Assembly (NCBI GenBank): GCA_035623825.1
Contig: DASPSR010000013.1
Span: 1-42,406, forward strand
DNA: 42,406 bases
Direction of reading: 5' to 3'
Origin: Nitrospirota bacterium
GTDB taxonomy: Bacteria > Nitrospirota > UBA9217
Of this stretch, positions 7,968 to 15,834 are shown piece by piece. The translations under genes and the position numbers were made by a program. Each line of letters starts with the position of its first letter. The stretch's first letter is position 1. The notes below the pieces were generated by a model, which did not search any database, was not told the DNA's origin, and was given only the letters and a program-made list of their open reading frames with translations.

Positions 7968-8813
7968 TTACTTTTTCTTCTTCTTTGCTTTTTTTGGAGC
8001 TTCGGCAGCCGTCTCGGGAGCTGGTTTCCAGTTGTTAAGATCGTGAGCTATCTTATGACAATCTCCGCATCTCGGGAATTTGGCCATAATACCTGCCGGA
8101 TGCTTATCTCCATGGCAATCCTGGCATTTCGGGACCATTTTGTGCTTTTCCTGATGACAATATGCGCACGTCAGGGTCGAATGCTTTGCCTTGGACGCTT
8201 TGAGGAGGTTGTACGGATTGCTGTGGCATGCGGCGCAGTATATCGAACCTGTATCAGAAGCGTAAGTCACGACCTTCGGCATATGCGCCTTGTGGCACTT
8301 CTTGCAGTCAGCCGCCGCCATGTCGGCGGAATGTGGCTTGTGGCACTTCGTGCAGGCCGGCGCTTGACGGTGGACGCTGTGGCACGTGGAGCAATAGAGA
8401 GCAGTATGTTTGCTCTTATTTTCACGCAACTGCTTGATCTGAGCTGTATGGCAGGTAAGACAGGGATCTGTCAACGTGGAAGAGAAGGTTATCACAAGGG
8501 GGGTATGAGGGTTCGTATGGCATGTCAGGCACCCCTTGGTCTCAAAGTGAGGTTTACCCTGGTGACACTGGTTGCATTCGGGGATATTGTTCTTTGACGC
8601 GGGACGGTGACCCGTGTGGCAATCCTGACAGGTGATGGTCTTGTGACGTGCTCCTTGAGATTCTATTTGTGCAGGTTGAGCTGCATGGCACTTGACGCAA
8701 TCACTAGAGCTAAGGGCCGGTTGTTCAGCAGCCCATCCCGGGGATGAAAAAAAAGATAAGATCGCAGGAAATAGCAACAATAGCATCAGCCTGACACATT
8801 CATTCTTCTTCAT
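7968..8813 (-). CDS. Periplasmic dodecaheme c-type cytochrome (three tandem tetraheme units)
   Basis: 12 CxxCH motifs counted; Sec signal ending PGWA; many distal His; Lys-rich tail; AGGAGG RBS. Confidence 0.93.
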   Translation of the reverse strand: MKKNECVRLMLLLLFPAILSFFSSPGWAAEQPALSSSDCVKCHAAQPAQIESQGARHKTITCQDCHTGHRPASKNNIPECNQCHQGKPHFETKGCLTCHTNPHTPLVITFSSTLTDPCLTCHTAQIKQLRENKSKHTALYCSTCHSVHRQAPACTKCHKPHSADMAAADCKKCHKAHMPKVVTYASDTGSIYCAACHSNPYNLLKASKAKHSTLTCAYCHQEKHKMVPKCQDCHGDKHPAGIMAKFPRCGDCHKIAHDLNNWKPAPETAAEAPKKAKKKKK

Positions 8814-9100
8814 AGTACCTCCTGAGTTATATGCGAATTTTGAAAAAAAAGCATGTCAAAGGCAATGCGGGGAAGATTATTGCACATGTGGTACAGGAAA
8901 TCAACACGAAAAATAAGATTTTACTTATCAAAATTCTAAGTTTATTATATATGCAATGGCCATGTTCTTAGCTTGAGCGAAAAGGCGGCGAGGGGATGCG
9001 GCTGATAAGATTGTTTGCGTACAGGTGAATTGCATGCAGTTAAGTGCTCAATCTGATCTAAAAGTCTCATGAGGCTTTGCAGGAAATGATGCCTTCCGGC

Positions 9101-9658
9101 ATGAAACGGAGCGCAGTCGTTGCGCTGGTCTTCAGTTCGTCGCTGCTCGCGGGATACAGTTACACAGCCACGCCGAGAGTTGTTCCGCTGGTGAGGGAAT
9201 ATGAAACGGTGTCTCTGAAATCCGTATCTCTCATCGTCACGAACGCCGAGAAAGACTCGGTGGAGCATGATATCCTGACGGAAAAGAAAGAGCAATCAGG
9301 TTTCAGGGCGAATCGGCGGGATTGGTCAAAGAAGCTTGTCGAAGCCTTGGCTCGCGAATTGGCGCGAAGAGGCGCCCAGGTGCGGAGCGACGCGCCTGTA
9401 ACTCTCGGTCTCGCATTGCCGGAGATCACCTTCAGCCAGGCCAAAGAGCTCTACCAGTTCAAGTCGAAAGTCACGGTTACGTCATCAACGGGTTGGTCAA
9501 AAGTTTATGAGGGAATCGCCGGATCGAGCAGGTACGGTGTCGGTTCAATGGTGACGGAGGCCGATCGGTTGGCCGGTCAGACACTGGCGGAAGCCATCAA
9601 GACAATGCTGGGTGACGCTGAATTCATCGAACTTCTGCGAAACGGGTCACACCCCTGA
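9101..9658 (+). CDS. Hypothetical exported protein (lipoprotein-like signal lacking the Cys)
   Basis: MKRSAVVALVFSSSLLAGY signal; alpha/beta pattern; start could be further upstream (9077-9088). Confidence 0.65.
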   Translation: MKRSAVVALVFSSSLLAGYSYTATPRVVPLVREYETVSLKSVSLIVTNAEKDSVEHDILTEKKEQSGFRANRRDWSKKLVEALARELARRGAQVRSDAPVTLGLALPEITFSQAKELYQFKSKVTVTSSTGWSKVYEGIAGSSRYGVGSMVTEADRLAGQTLAEAIKTMLGDAEFIELLRNGSHP

Positions 9659-9876
9659 CGTGCATTCATCCCGCAAGTATTCTACGTAATTTTTGCGACG
9701 AGGCATGGCCGCCTTACGCGGTTAAACCGCACCCGAGGTCCGCGATCCAGGGAACGGGGCTCTTCGTAAAATGCCATGGGATTTTACCGCCGGTGAGGCA
9801 GGTTCAATGATCGTGAAGTACACCGTGGTGCGGGGGTTTCGACCTGCAAACCCGCTCTTTGTACCCACGCATGATG

Positions 9877-10836
9877 CTACTTCCCCGCTGACGGGGCGAG
9901 TGAAAGAACACTCCCGATGATCTCGGGGACAATGGTCATTCCCTTCTCCTGCAATCGTGCCCGGGCCTGCATAAGCTGATCGCAATAGTACTTCGCGGGA
10001 AAAGAACGGCCGACGACGATCACGAGAAGGATGAGGAAAAGCCCGAGCGCTACGGTTGACTTGATATGGGGAAAGACGCCCTTCACCCATCCTTGCGATC
10101 GGCGGCGGTTGTTCGCGTACGAGATCCTGTCGAAGACCGACTCCTTTTTGATGTCATCGAGACTTACCTTCAGGGCATCAAAGCTGCCGAAAAGCCATAT
10201 GAATGGAATAAGCGGAGCGAACAGCACGGTAAGAGCGAAAATCTCTTCAATGATAAAACGGGTTTTCACGGCCTCCAGGGAAGGCCAAGCCGCTATGACG
10301 GATGGGACCGAAACGAACGAAAAGGCGGCCAGAACTGAAAAGCCCGCATACATGCTGCCTTTTATCGGCTGACCGTTCAGAAACTGCCCCCAGCCCGGGA
10401 GGAGCAAAGAACAGAGAAAAGGATACGTTCGGCTTTGTATACCGGCAAACGGCATCGCTCTGGCTTTCACTGCAGCGTGGTACGCATCGCCGGCATTGTA
10501 CGTCCAGAAGATCAGCGCCGAAAAGAACAGGAGTTCAGCCATGAGGAAGGCATCAGCCACAGAATATTTATATGAGCTCAGAACTTGAAGAAGGGGATTC
10601 ATGTACATGAGACACAGCATGCCCCCTATGAAAAAGATGATCATGGCGAAAAGAAACAGCAACCCTTTCACCCGCTGGTTGTTGTACAGCTGTCCTGCTC
10701 CCCAGCATATCATGGAAAGGGAATATGCAGCCGCGGGGCTTTTCCCGTCCGAAGGAAGTGCTTCCTTCGTCAAGCGCCTCGTTTTGTGGCCTTGAAGCAG
10801 CTCATCTGGATCTCGTATTACCCAGACTTTTTCCAT
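9877..10836 (-). CDS. Multi-pass membrane protein with two internal P..A..S...G.GQ..N....KG repeats (DUF5683/TM2-like)
   Basis: 319 aa; SPAAAYSLSMICWGAGQLYNNQRVKG and YPFLCSLLLPGWGQFLNGQPIKG, each followed by TM helices and a W.....DA motif. Confidence 0.8.
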   Translation of the reverse strand: MEKVWVIRDPDELLQGHKTRRLTKEALPSDGKSPAAAYSLSMICWGAGQLYNNQRVKGLLFLFAMIIFFIGGMLCLMYMNPLLQVLSSYKYSVADAFLMAELLFFSALIFWTYNAGDAYHAAVKARAMPFAGIQSRTYPFLCSLLLPGWGQFLNGQPIKGSMYAGFSVLAAFSFVSVPSVIAAWPSLEAVKTRFIIEEIFALTVLFAPLIPFIWLFGSFDALKVSLDDIKKESVFDRISYANNRRRSQGWVKGVFPHIKSTVALGLFLILLVIVVGRSFPAKYYCDQLMQARARLQEKGMTIVPEIIGSVLSLAPSAGK

Positions 10837-10889
10837 TATCCACCTATTAATAGTATGCCTTTATATAATAAAATATCCCTTCCCTTGTC

Positions 10890-10905
10890 TGTGATGATGA
10901 TCACA
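10890..10905. promoter_or_regulatory. CRP/FNR-family binding site
   Basis: Perfect TGTGA-N6-TCACA (TGTGAtgatgaTCACA) in a divergent intergenic region. Confidence 0.65.
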
Positions 10906-10937
10906 ATCAACTATCTCCGAAGTGCTCTTAATCGTAA

Positions 10938-10966
10938 TTGACACCAACGATTCTCTGTGCAATAAT
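10938..10966 (+). promoter_or_regulatory. Putative sigma70 promoter for the receiver-PilZ gene
   Basis: TTGACA-N17-AATAAT with TG extension. Confidence 0.55.
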
Positions 10967-11086
10967 TCATGAGAGTGAAGAGCTGTCGCTTCTTTTGCAC
11001 GAAGCAGGGGCAGGGAGCATATTCTTGGGGCTTTCATTAGTCTGGGGTAAACCGGCGAACCACGCTCCGATCTCGGAAGAGAAAAG

Positions 11087-11860
11087 GTGGCACGGGTAAT
11101 GATCGATCCTTCTCCCAGCGGACACGGCAACCAGGCGCTGGACCGGAAAACGAGCTATGCTCTCCTTGTGGACGGGTATGTCCGGGACCTGTTTGCTACG
11201 GGCATGATCCTGCAGCGGCTTGAATACGATGTGTTTATCGTGAACTCGGGCGAGGATGCGCTGAGGATCATTGAAGCTGCGCTGCCGGATCTGATCATAA
11301 CCGAGCTTTCGCTGCAGCGGATGTCCGGCCTGGAGCTGCTTATTAATATAAAGCATGATCCCGCGACCAAGGCGATTCCCGTCATTATCCATACAGCGAT
11401 CGGGGACCAGAAGCGTGAAGAGCATTGCCGAGCATCTGGATGCGCGGCCTTCCTCAAAAAACCGGTGGAGCCAACGGCGCTCTACAGAGCTATTCAGCAA
11501 GCAACGGAGAGCATGCCGCGGCAGTACATACGTCTGCGGACGCTGCTCCCGGTCAGAGTGAGCGGTCTTAGCCCGACCGATATTTCCCACACCGAGTATG
11601 TCTCTGAGCTGTCGGAGAACGGGATCTTTGTGCACACGCTGAACCCCCGGCCTGTCGATGCAGTTCTTTCGGCCACCATCCTGCTCCACTCGATTCCGGT
11701 CAAGATCCAGGCTGTCGTCGTGTACAGCGTCGCCCTCACCCCCGGCCTGCCCAAGGAGCCGGGTATGGGAATGAAGTTCGTAGAAATAAAGAGCACGGAT
11801 CGGGAAATGATCAGAAATTTCATTATAGGTCAGCTTATGAAAGGTATTCCGACGAAATGA
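11087..11860 (+). CDS. Atypical response-regulator receiver domain fused to a PilZ domain
   Basis: REC fold (LLVD, PDLIITE, IPVII.T, FLKKP) with Glu at the phospho-Asp position; PilZ RQYIR, ELSENG and GMGMKF. Confidence 0.85.
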   Translation: MARVMIDPSPSGHGNQALDRKTSYALLVDGYVRDLFATGMILQRLEYDVFIVNSGEDALRIIEAALPDLIITELSLQRMSGLELLINIKHDPATKAIPVIIHTAIGDQKREEHCRASGCAAFLKKPVEPTALYRAIQQATESMPRQYIRLRTLLPVRVSGLSPTDISHTEYVSELSENGIFVHTLNPRPVDAVLSATILLHSIPVKIQAVVVYSVALTPGLPKEPGMGMKFVEIKSTDREMIRNFIIGQLMKGIPTK

Positions 11861-11918
11861 GGAAGGTTGACTTCGCAACATCATGCGGGGCAATCCAATG
11901 AAAAGGAGGTTAGTGATC

Positions 11919-12239
11919 ATGAAGAAATCTGTCACATTGATTGCGTTACTCTGTCTGGTGTTATCCGGGGGCACGGCTGTCGCCGCTGTTCCAGGCGGTG
12001 GCGATCTGTCATTCACACCCGCGAACGCCAAGCCCGTGATCTTCAGCCATGACCTGCATGTAAACATAAAGGACTTAAAGTGCAGCGCCTGTCATAACCA
12101 TACGTTCCAAATGGCCAAGGATTCCTCCAAAATGGACATGAGCAAAATCAACAAGGGTCAATTCTGCGGCCACTGCCACAACGGAGAAAAGGCTTTTGAT
12201 GTGAAGGACAAGGCTAACTGCGGAAGATGCCATAAGTAG
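11919..12239 (+). CDS. c(7)-type triheme cytochrome c
   Basis: Signal peptide; VIFSH..H, CSACH, G..CGHCHNG..AF, CGRCH; AGGAGG RBS before ATG 11919. Confidence 0.9.
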   Translation: MKKSVTLIALLCLVLSGGTAVAAVPGGGDLSFTPANAKPVIFSHDLHVNIKDLKCSACHNHTFQMAKDSSKMDMSKINKGQFCGHCHNGEKAFDVKDKANCGRCHK

Positions 12240-12318
12240 CAGAGCAATCCGATGTCCCTCCCATCGGCCGGTGCAGGATTTGTCCCCATCAGCCTGCATT
12301 GCGATTGGTTATACGCCT

Positions 12319-13038
12319 ATGGAAAAACTTTCGAAAAAAGACCTTCATGCGATTGCCATGTCGACGGGAGACGCTTCGAATTGCGATCTTTCGGGTGTCA
12401 TTCTGAGCGGCATGGAACTGATCGGTCTCCGGTTTGATGGATCGAATCTGAAGGGTGCCAATCTGAGCAGCTCGAATCTGAGCGGATCAAGCTTCAGGAA
12501 CTGCGACCTGTCAGGATGCGACCTGGGCAGCTCGAATTTCACCGGCTGCTCTTTTAAGAAGGCAATTCTTGCAAAGGCGAACCTCACATTCTCGACTTTT
12601 GTGGGCTCTGATTTCTCGGGAGCGATCCTGCCGGAGGCCGACTTCACGAACTCGAAATTGTCCGGGGCGAGTTTTGAGAAGGCAGACCTCACCGACGCCA
12701 ACCTCCAGATGATTGACGCCGGCATGATCCAGTGCAGCGGGGCTGTGATGACCAAGATCCACGCCCGTGGATCAAGCATGATAGGCGCTGTTCTCTCGGG
12801 ATGCGACTTGCGGGAGGCGAACCTTCACGGGACCGACCTGAGCAACGCGAACCTCGCCTCGGCAGATCTGAGGGATGCTGATATCTTGGATGCCACGCTG
12901 ACGGCCGCGGACCTGACGAATTCCGATATACGCGGGGTGCGCCTCAGGCGGACGGACCTGACGAGGGCGAAGCTCGATGGTCTGAAGCACGATGAGGATC
13001 TGAGCGATATGATATCTCGATATTCCCGGAAGAAATGA
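12319..13038 (+). CDS. Pentapeptide repeat-containing protein
   Basis: Long run of A/S/C-(D/N)-(L/F)-x-x pentapeptides; start chosen at ATG 12319. Confidence 0.9.
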   Translation: MEKLSKKDLHAIAMSTGDASNCDLSGVILSGMELIGLRFDGSNLKGANLSSSNLSGSSFRNCDLSGCDLGSSNFTGCSFKKAILAKANLTFSTFVGSDFSGAILPEADFTNSKLSGASFEKADLTDANLQMIDAGMIQCSGAVMTKIHARGSSMIGAVLSGCDLREANLHGTDLSNANLASADLRDADILDATLTAADLTNSDIRGVRLRRTDLTRAKLDGLKHDEDLSDMISRYSRKK

Positions 13039-13150
13039 CACCTCATTATTAAGTACCGGAAACGAAGGAGTTTCCGCCTTGCCGCGGTAACCGCACCTCT
13101 CGGTGACCGGAAATACATATCTCGGCAGTCTGACGACTGCCATTTTCCCC

Positions 13151-13179
13151 TTGCATTCTTTTTCCCAGTATGTTATAAG
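13151..13179 (+). promoter_or_regulatory. Putative sigma70 promoter of the rimP-nusA-infB operon
   Basis: TTGCAT-N17-TATAAG with TG extension. Confidence 0.45.
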
Positions 13180-13206
13180 ATTATAACACTCTGGGGATTT
13201 ATTTTG

Positions 13207-13237
13207 AGAGTGGGCATTTCTTTTGCCCACTCTTTTT
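13207..13237 (+). promoter_or_regulatory. rimP leader attenuator hairpin
   Basis: AGAGTGGGCA / TGCCCACTCT stem plus T-run immediately upstream of the rimP RBS; matches the widely conserved GTGGG...CCCAC rimP-leader terminator. Confidence 0.75.
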
Positions 13238-13251
13238 ATTTGGGGGACATC

Positions 13252-13713
13252 ATGTCTGATGCCGAGGAACAGATCCGGCAAATTCTCGATCCGATCCTTG
13301 AATCGGCTGGCCTGTCCTTATGGGACCTGGAGTTCCAGAAACAGGGACCGAAATGGCTTCTCAGGGTCTATATCGATCGGGAATCAGAGGGGGTTACGCT
13401 GGACGACTGCGAGGCCGTGAGCAGGGATCTGGGCACTGCTCTGGACGTCGAAGATATTATCCCCCATTCCTATACGCTTGAGGTATCGTCGCCAGGGCTC
13501 GACCGAGTGCTCTCCAAACCGGAGCATTTTATCCGGGTTATGGGCAGTGATGTCAAGGTGAAGACCTATCAGCCGATCAACGGGCAGAAGGTCTTCCACG
13601 GCAAGCTGCTCGGGATGGGCGAGAACGCGATCAGAGTTGGATTGGAAAAGGGGACTGTTCTCGAAATCCCGCTGGCCAATATCGCCAAGGCTTCACTTGA
13701 AGTTGTTTTTTAA
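13252..13713 (+). CDS. rimP: Ribosome maturation factor RimP
   Basis: LRVYID, GVTLDDCEAVSR, YTLEVSSPGLDR; first gene upstream of nusA. Confidence 0.96.
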   Translation: MSDAEEQIRQILDPILESAGLSLWDLEFQKQGPKWLLRVYIDRESEGVTLDDCEAVSRDLGTALDVEDIIPHSYTLEVSSPGLDRVLSKPEHFIRVMGSDVKVKTYQPINGQKVFHGKLLGMGENAIRVGLEKGTVLEIPLANIAKASLEVVF

Positions 13714-13821
13714 TCCTAGAAACAGATCTTTCGATGCCAATCAAGGAGCACCCATTGCGCGATGTAAGATCTGCTAGTGACCGATTTGTGACAGTATAAA
13801 TATTTTAGGAGGCAAATACGT

Positions 13822-15183
13822 ATGAGTCAGGAATTGATTCATGTGATCGATCAGATCAGCAAGGAAAAAGGCATCTCCAAGGAGATGGTAATCGAGGCCG
13901 TCGAGTCGGCGCTTGTAAGCGCGGCAAAGAAAAAGTACGGCACCCAGAGGGTCGCGGTTCAGATAGACCCCAAGCGGGGCGATATCATCATGTATGCGTA
14001 CAAGAAGGTCGTGCCTGCGGTTGCGAACCCGGAAGAGGAAATCACTCTCGAAGAAGCGCTGGAGCTCTATCCCGACGCACAGATGGACGGCGAGGTCCCG
14101 CTCCAGGTGGAGTTCGAGGGCTTCGGAAGGATCGCGGCCCAGACCGCCCGCCAAGTCATCGTCCAGAAGGTTCGAGAGGCGGAACGGGACGTCATTCTCA
14201 AGGAGTTCAACGACAAGATCGGGCAGCTCGTGAACGGCATCGTGCTGCGCCATGAAAAAGGCGCATATTACATCGATCTCGGGAAGACAGAGGCGGTGCT
14301 GCCAGCGCGCGAACAGGTGACGCGTGAGAGCTATCGCCGGGGAGACCGCGTTAGGGCCTACGTGCTCGAGGTGCGGGATACCTCGAAGGGGCCGCAGGTA
14401 GTACTCTCCCGGGCGCATCCGGATTTCGTGGCCCGACTGTTTGAGATGGAAGTGCCCGAGATCTACGAGAATATCGTTGAGATTAAAGGCGTGGTACGCG
14501 AAGCAGGTGACCGCACCAAGATCGCCGTGACATCGAAGGACTCTCAGGTTGATCCGGTCGGGGCATGCGTCGGCATGAAGGGGTCGCGTGTGCAGGCCGT
14601 GGTCCGCGAACTGCGCGGCGAGAAGATCGACATCATCCCCTGGTCCGAGGACCCGCGCATCTTCATCGCCAAAGCCTTGAGCCCGGCAGTGGTCGAGAAA
14701 GTGGGCGTGACCGAGGAAGACCGTTCTGCACTGGCCGTTGTTGCCGATGCCCAGCTTTCGCTCGCAATCGGCAAGAAGGGCCAGAACGTGCGACTGGGGG
14801 CCAAATTAACGGGCTGGAAGATCGACATCCTGAGCGAGTCTGAATACGATCAGGAGCGCCAGAAGGAACGAGAACAGGAGATTGAGGCTGCTATTGTCGA
14901 AGAGACGCGGAAAATGGCAGTCGAGACTGAGGCGGCCGAGACCTCGGAGGATCAAGCGGCAGCGGCAGTTGAAACAGAAACGGGAGATGAAACAGGAGGT
15001 TCGAGCCTGACGAGTATCGAGGGTGTTGGGCCGAAGACGGCTGAACAGCTCGTGCAGGCCGGCTATGATACCGTGGAGAAAATTGCCGCCATGTCCGACG
15101 AGGAGATCCTCGCCGTTCCCGGCATCGGCGAAAAGACCGCACAGAAGATACTCCTGTCGGCACGCGCGCTGATAAAAAAGTAA
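13822..15183 (+). CDS. nusA: Transcription termination/antitermination factor NusA
   Basis: FGRIAAQTARQVIVQK, S1 and KH domains, VGACVGMKGSRV, C-terminal HhH. Confidence 0.98.
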   Translation: MSQELIHVIDQISKEKGISKEMVIEAVESALVSAAKKKYGTQRVAVQIDPKRGDIIMYAYKKVVPAVANPEEEITLEEALELYPDAQMDGEVPLQVEFEGFGRIAAQTARQVIVQKVREAERDVILKEFNDKIGQLVNGIVLRHEKGAYYIDLGKTEAVLPAREQVTRESYRRGDRVRAYVLEVRDTSKGPQVVLSRAHPDFVARLFEMEVPEIYENIVEIKGVVREAGDRTKIAVTSKDSQVDPVGACVGMKGSRVQAVVRELRGEKIDIIPWSEDPRIFIAKALSPAVVEKVGVTEEDRSALAVVADAQLSLAIGKKGQNVRLGAKLTGWKIDILSESEYDQERQKEREQEIEAAIVEETRKMAVETEAAETSEDQAAAAVETETGDETGGSSLTSIEGVGPKTAEQLVQAGYDTVEKIAAMSDEEILAVPGIGEKTAQKILLSARALIKK

Positions 15184-15206
15184 CCGGCGCGCTCCTGGTG
15201 GATATC

Positions 15207-15788
15207 ATGAAACGTCAGCCACAGAGGACCTGTATCGGCTGCAGGGCGGTGTTCAAAAAAGATGAAGTGGTTCGGATCGCCGCGAGTCCCTTAGGAGCGG
15301 TCATCGACTACCGGGAAAAGCTGCCCGGACGCGCGGCCTACGTCTGCCCCCGGCTTGAATGCATAAAAAAAGCTCTCGGCAGGGACAATCTGGCGCGGGC
15401 GTTACACTTGAAGGCTAACTATCCGAGCATGGACGAATTTGTCTCCCTGCTCGTCATGAATATTACGGAGAAGATAAAGTCTCTCGTTGTCATGTCGGCA
15501 ATAGCGGGCAAGCTTGCCGCAGGATACTCGGCAGTTCAGGATGCCCTGGAAAAGAAGAGGGTCGAGATGCTTATTTTTGCCGATGATCTTTCCGAAGGTA
15601 CGAAGGATAAACTCCTGACACAGGACGCGGCGTCATTACGCCGCACCGACCTGTTTACCAGGGACGAGATGGGCAGTATGCTGGGAAGGGAACTGGTCGG
15701 AGTGATTGGAATTCAGGATAAGGGGCTTGCCGATTCGATATGGAAAGAGACCGGGAGATTAAAAGGCTTGATAAATAGCAAGGACTAG
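15207..15788 (+). CDS. YlxR (DUF448/RnpM)-L7Ae (YlxQ-like) fusion protein
   Basis: PQRTCIGCR and GRAAYVC (YlxR) followed by AGKLAAG...ADDLSEGT...[14 protein letters not shown] (L7Ae); located between nusA and infB. Confidence 0.88.
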   Translation: MKRQPQRTCIGCRAVFKKDEVVRIAASPLGAVIDYREKLPGRAAYVCPRLECIKKALGRDNLARALHLKANYPSMDEFVSLLVMNITEKIKSLVVMSAIAGKLAAGYSAVQDALEKKRVEMLIFADDLSEGTKDKLLTQDAASLRRTDLFTRDEMGSMLGRELVGVIGIQDKGLADSIWKETGRLKGLINSKD

Positions 15789-15796
15789 AGTAATAT
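15768..15796 (+). promoter_or_regulatory. Possible internal sigma70 promoter for infB
   Basis: TTGATA-N17-TAATAT about 40 nt upstream of the infB start. Confidence 0.4.
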
Positions 15797-15834
15797 ATTT
15801 AACAATTTACGATCTGTTGGGGGTGTCGGATTTT

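Noticed and set aside
8950-8965. TGGC...TTGC on the minus strand upstream of the dodecaheme gene as a sigma54 promoter
   Set aside because: The spacing between the GG and GC elements is far too short for a -24/-12 promoter.
9795-9850. GGTTCAA / GGTTTCGA resembling a tRNA T-loop
   Set aside because: No cloverleaf, acceptor stem or anticodon arm could be built.
10967-12067. 366-aa minus-strand ORF
   Set aside because: It lies opposite the well-supported REC-PilZ and c7 cytochrome genes and has no recognisable motifs.
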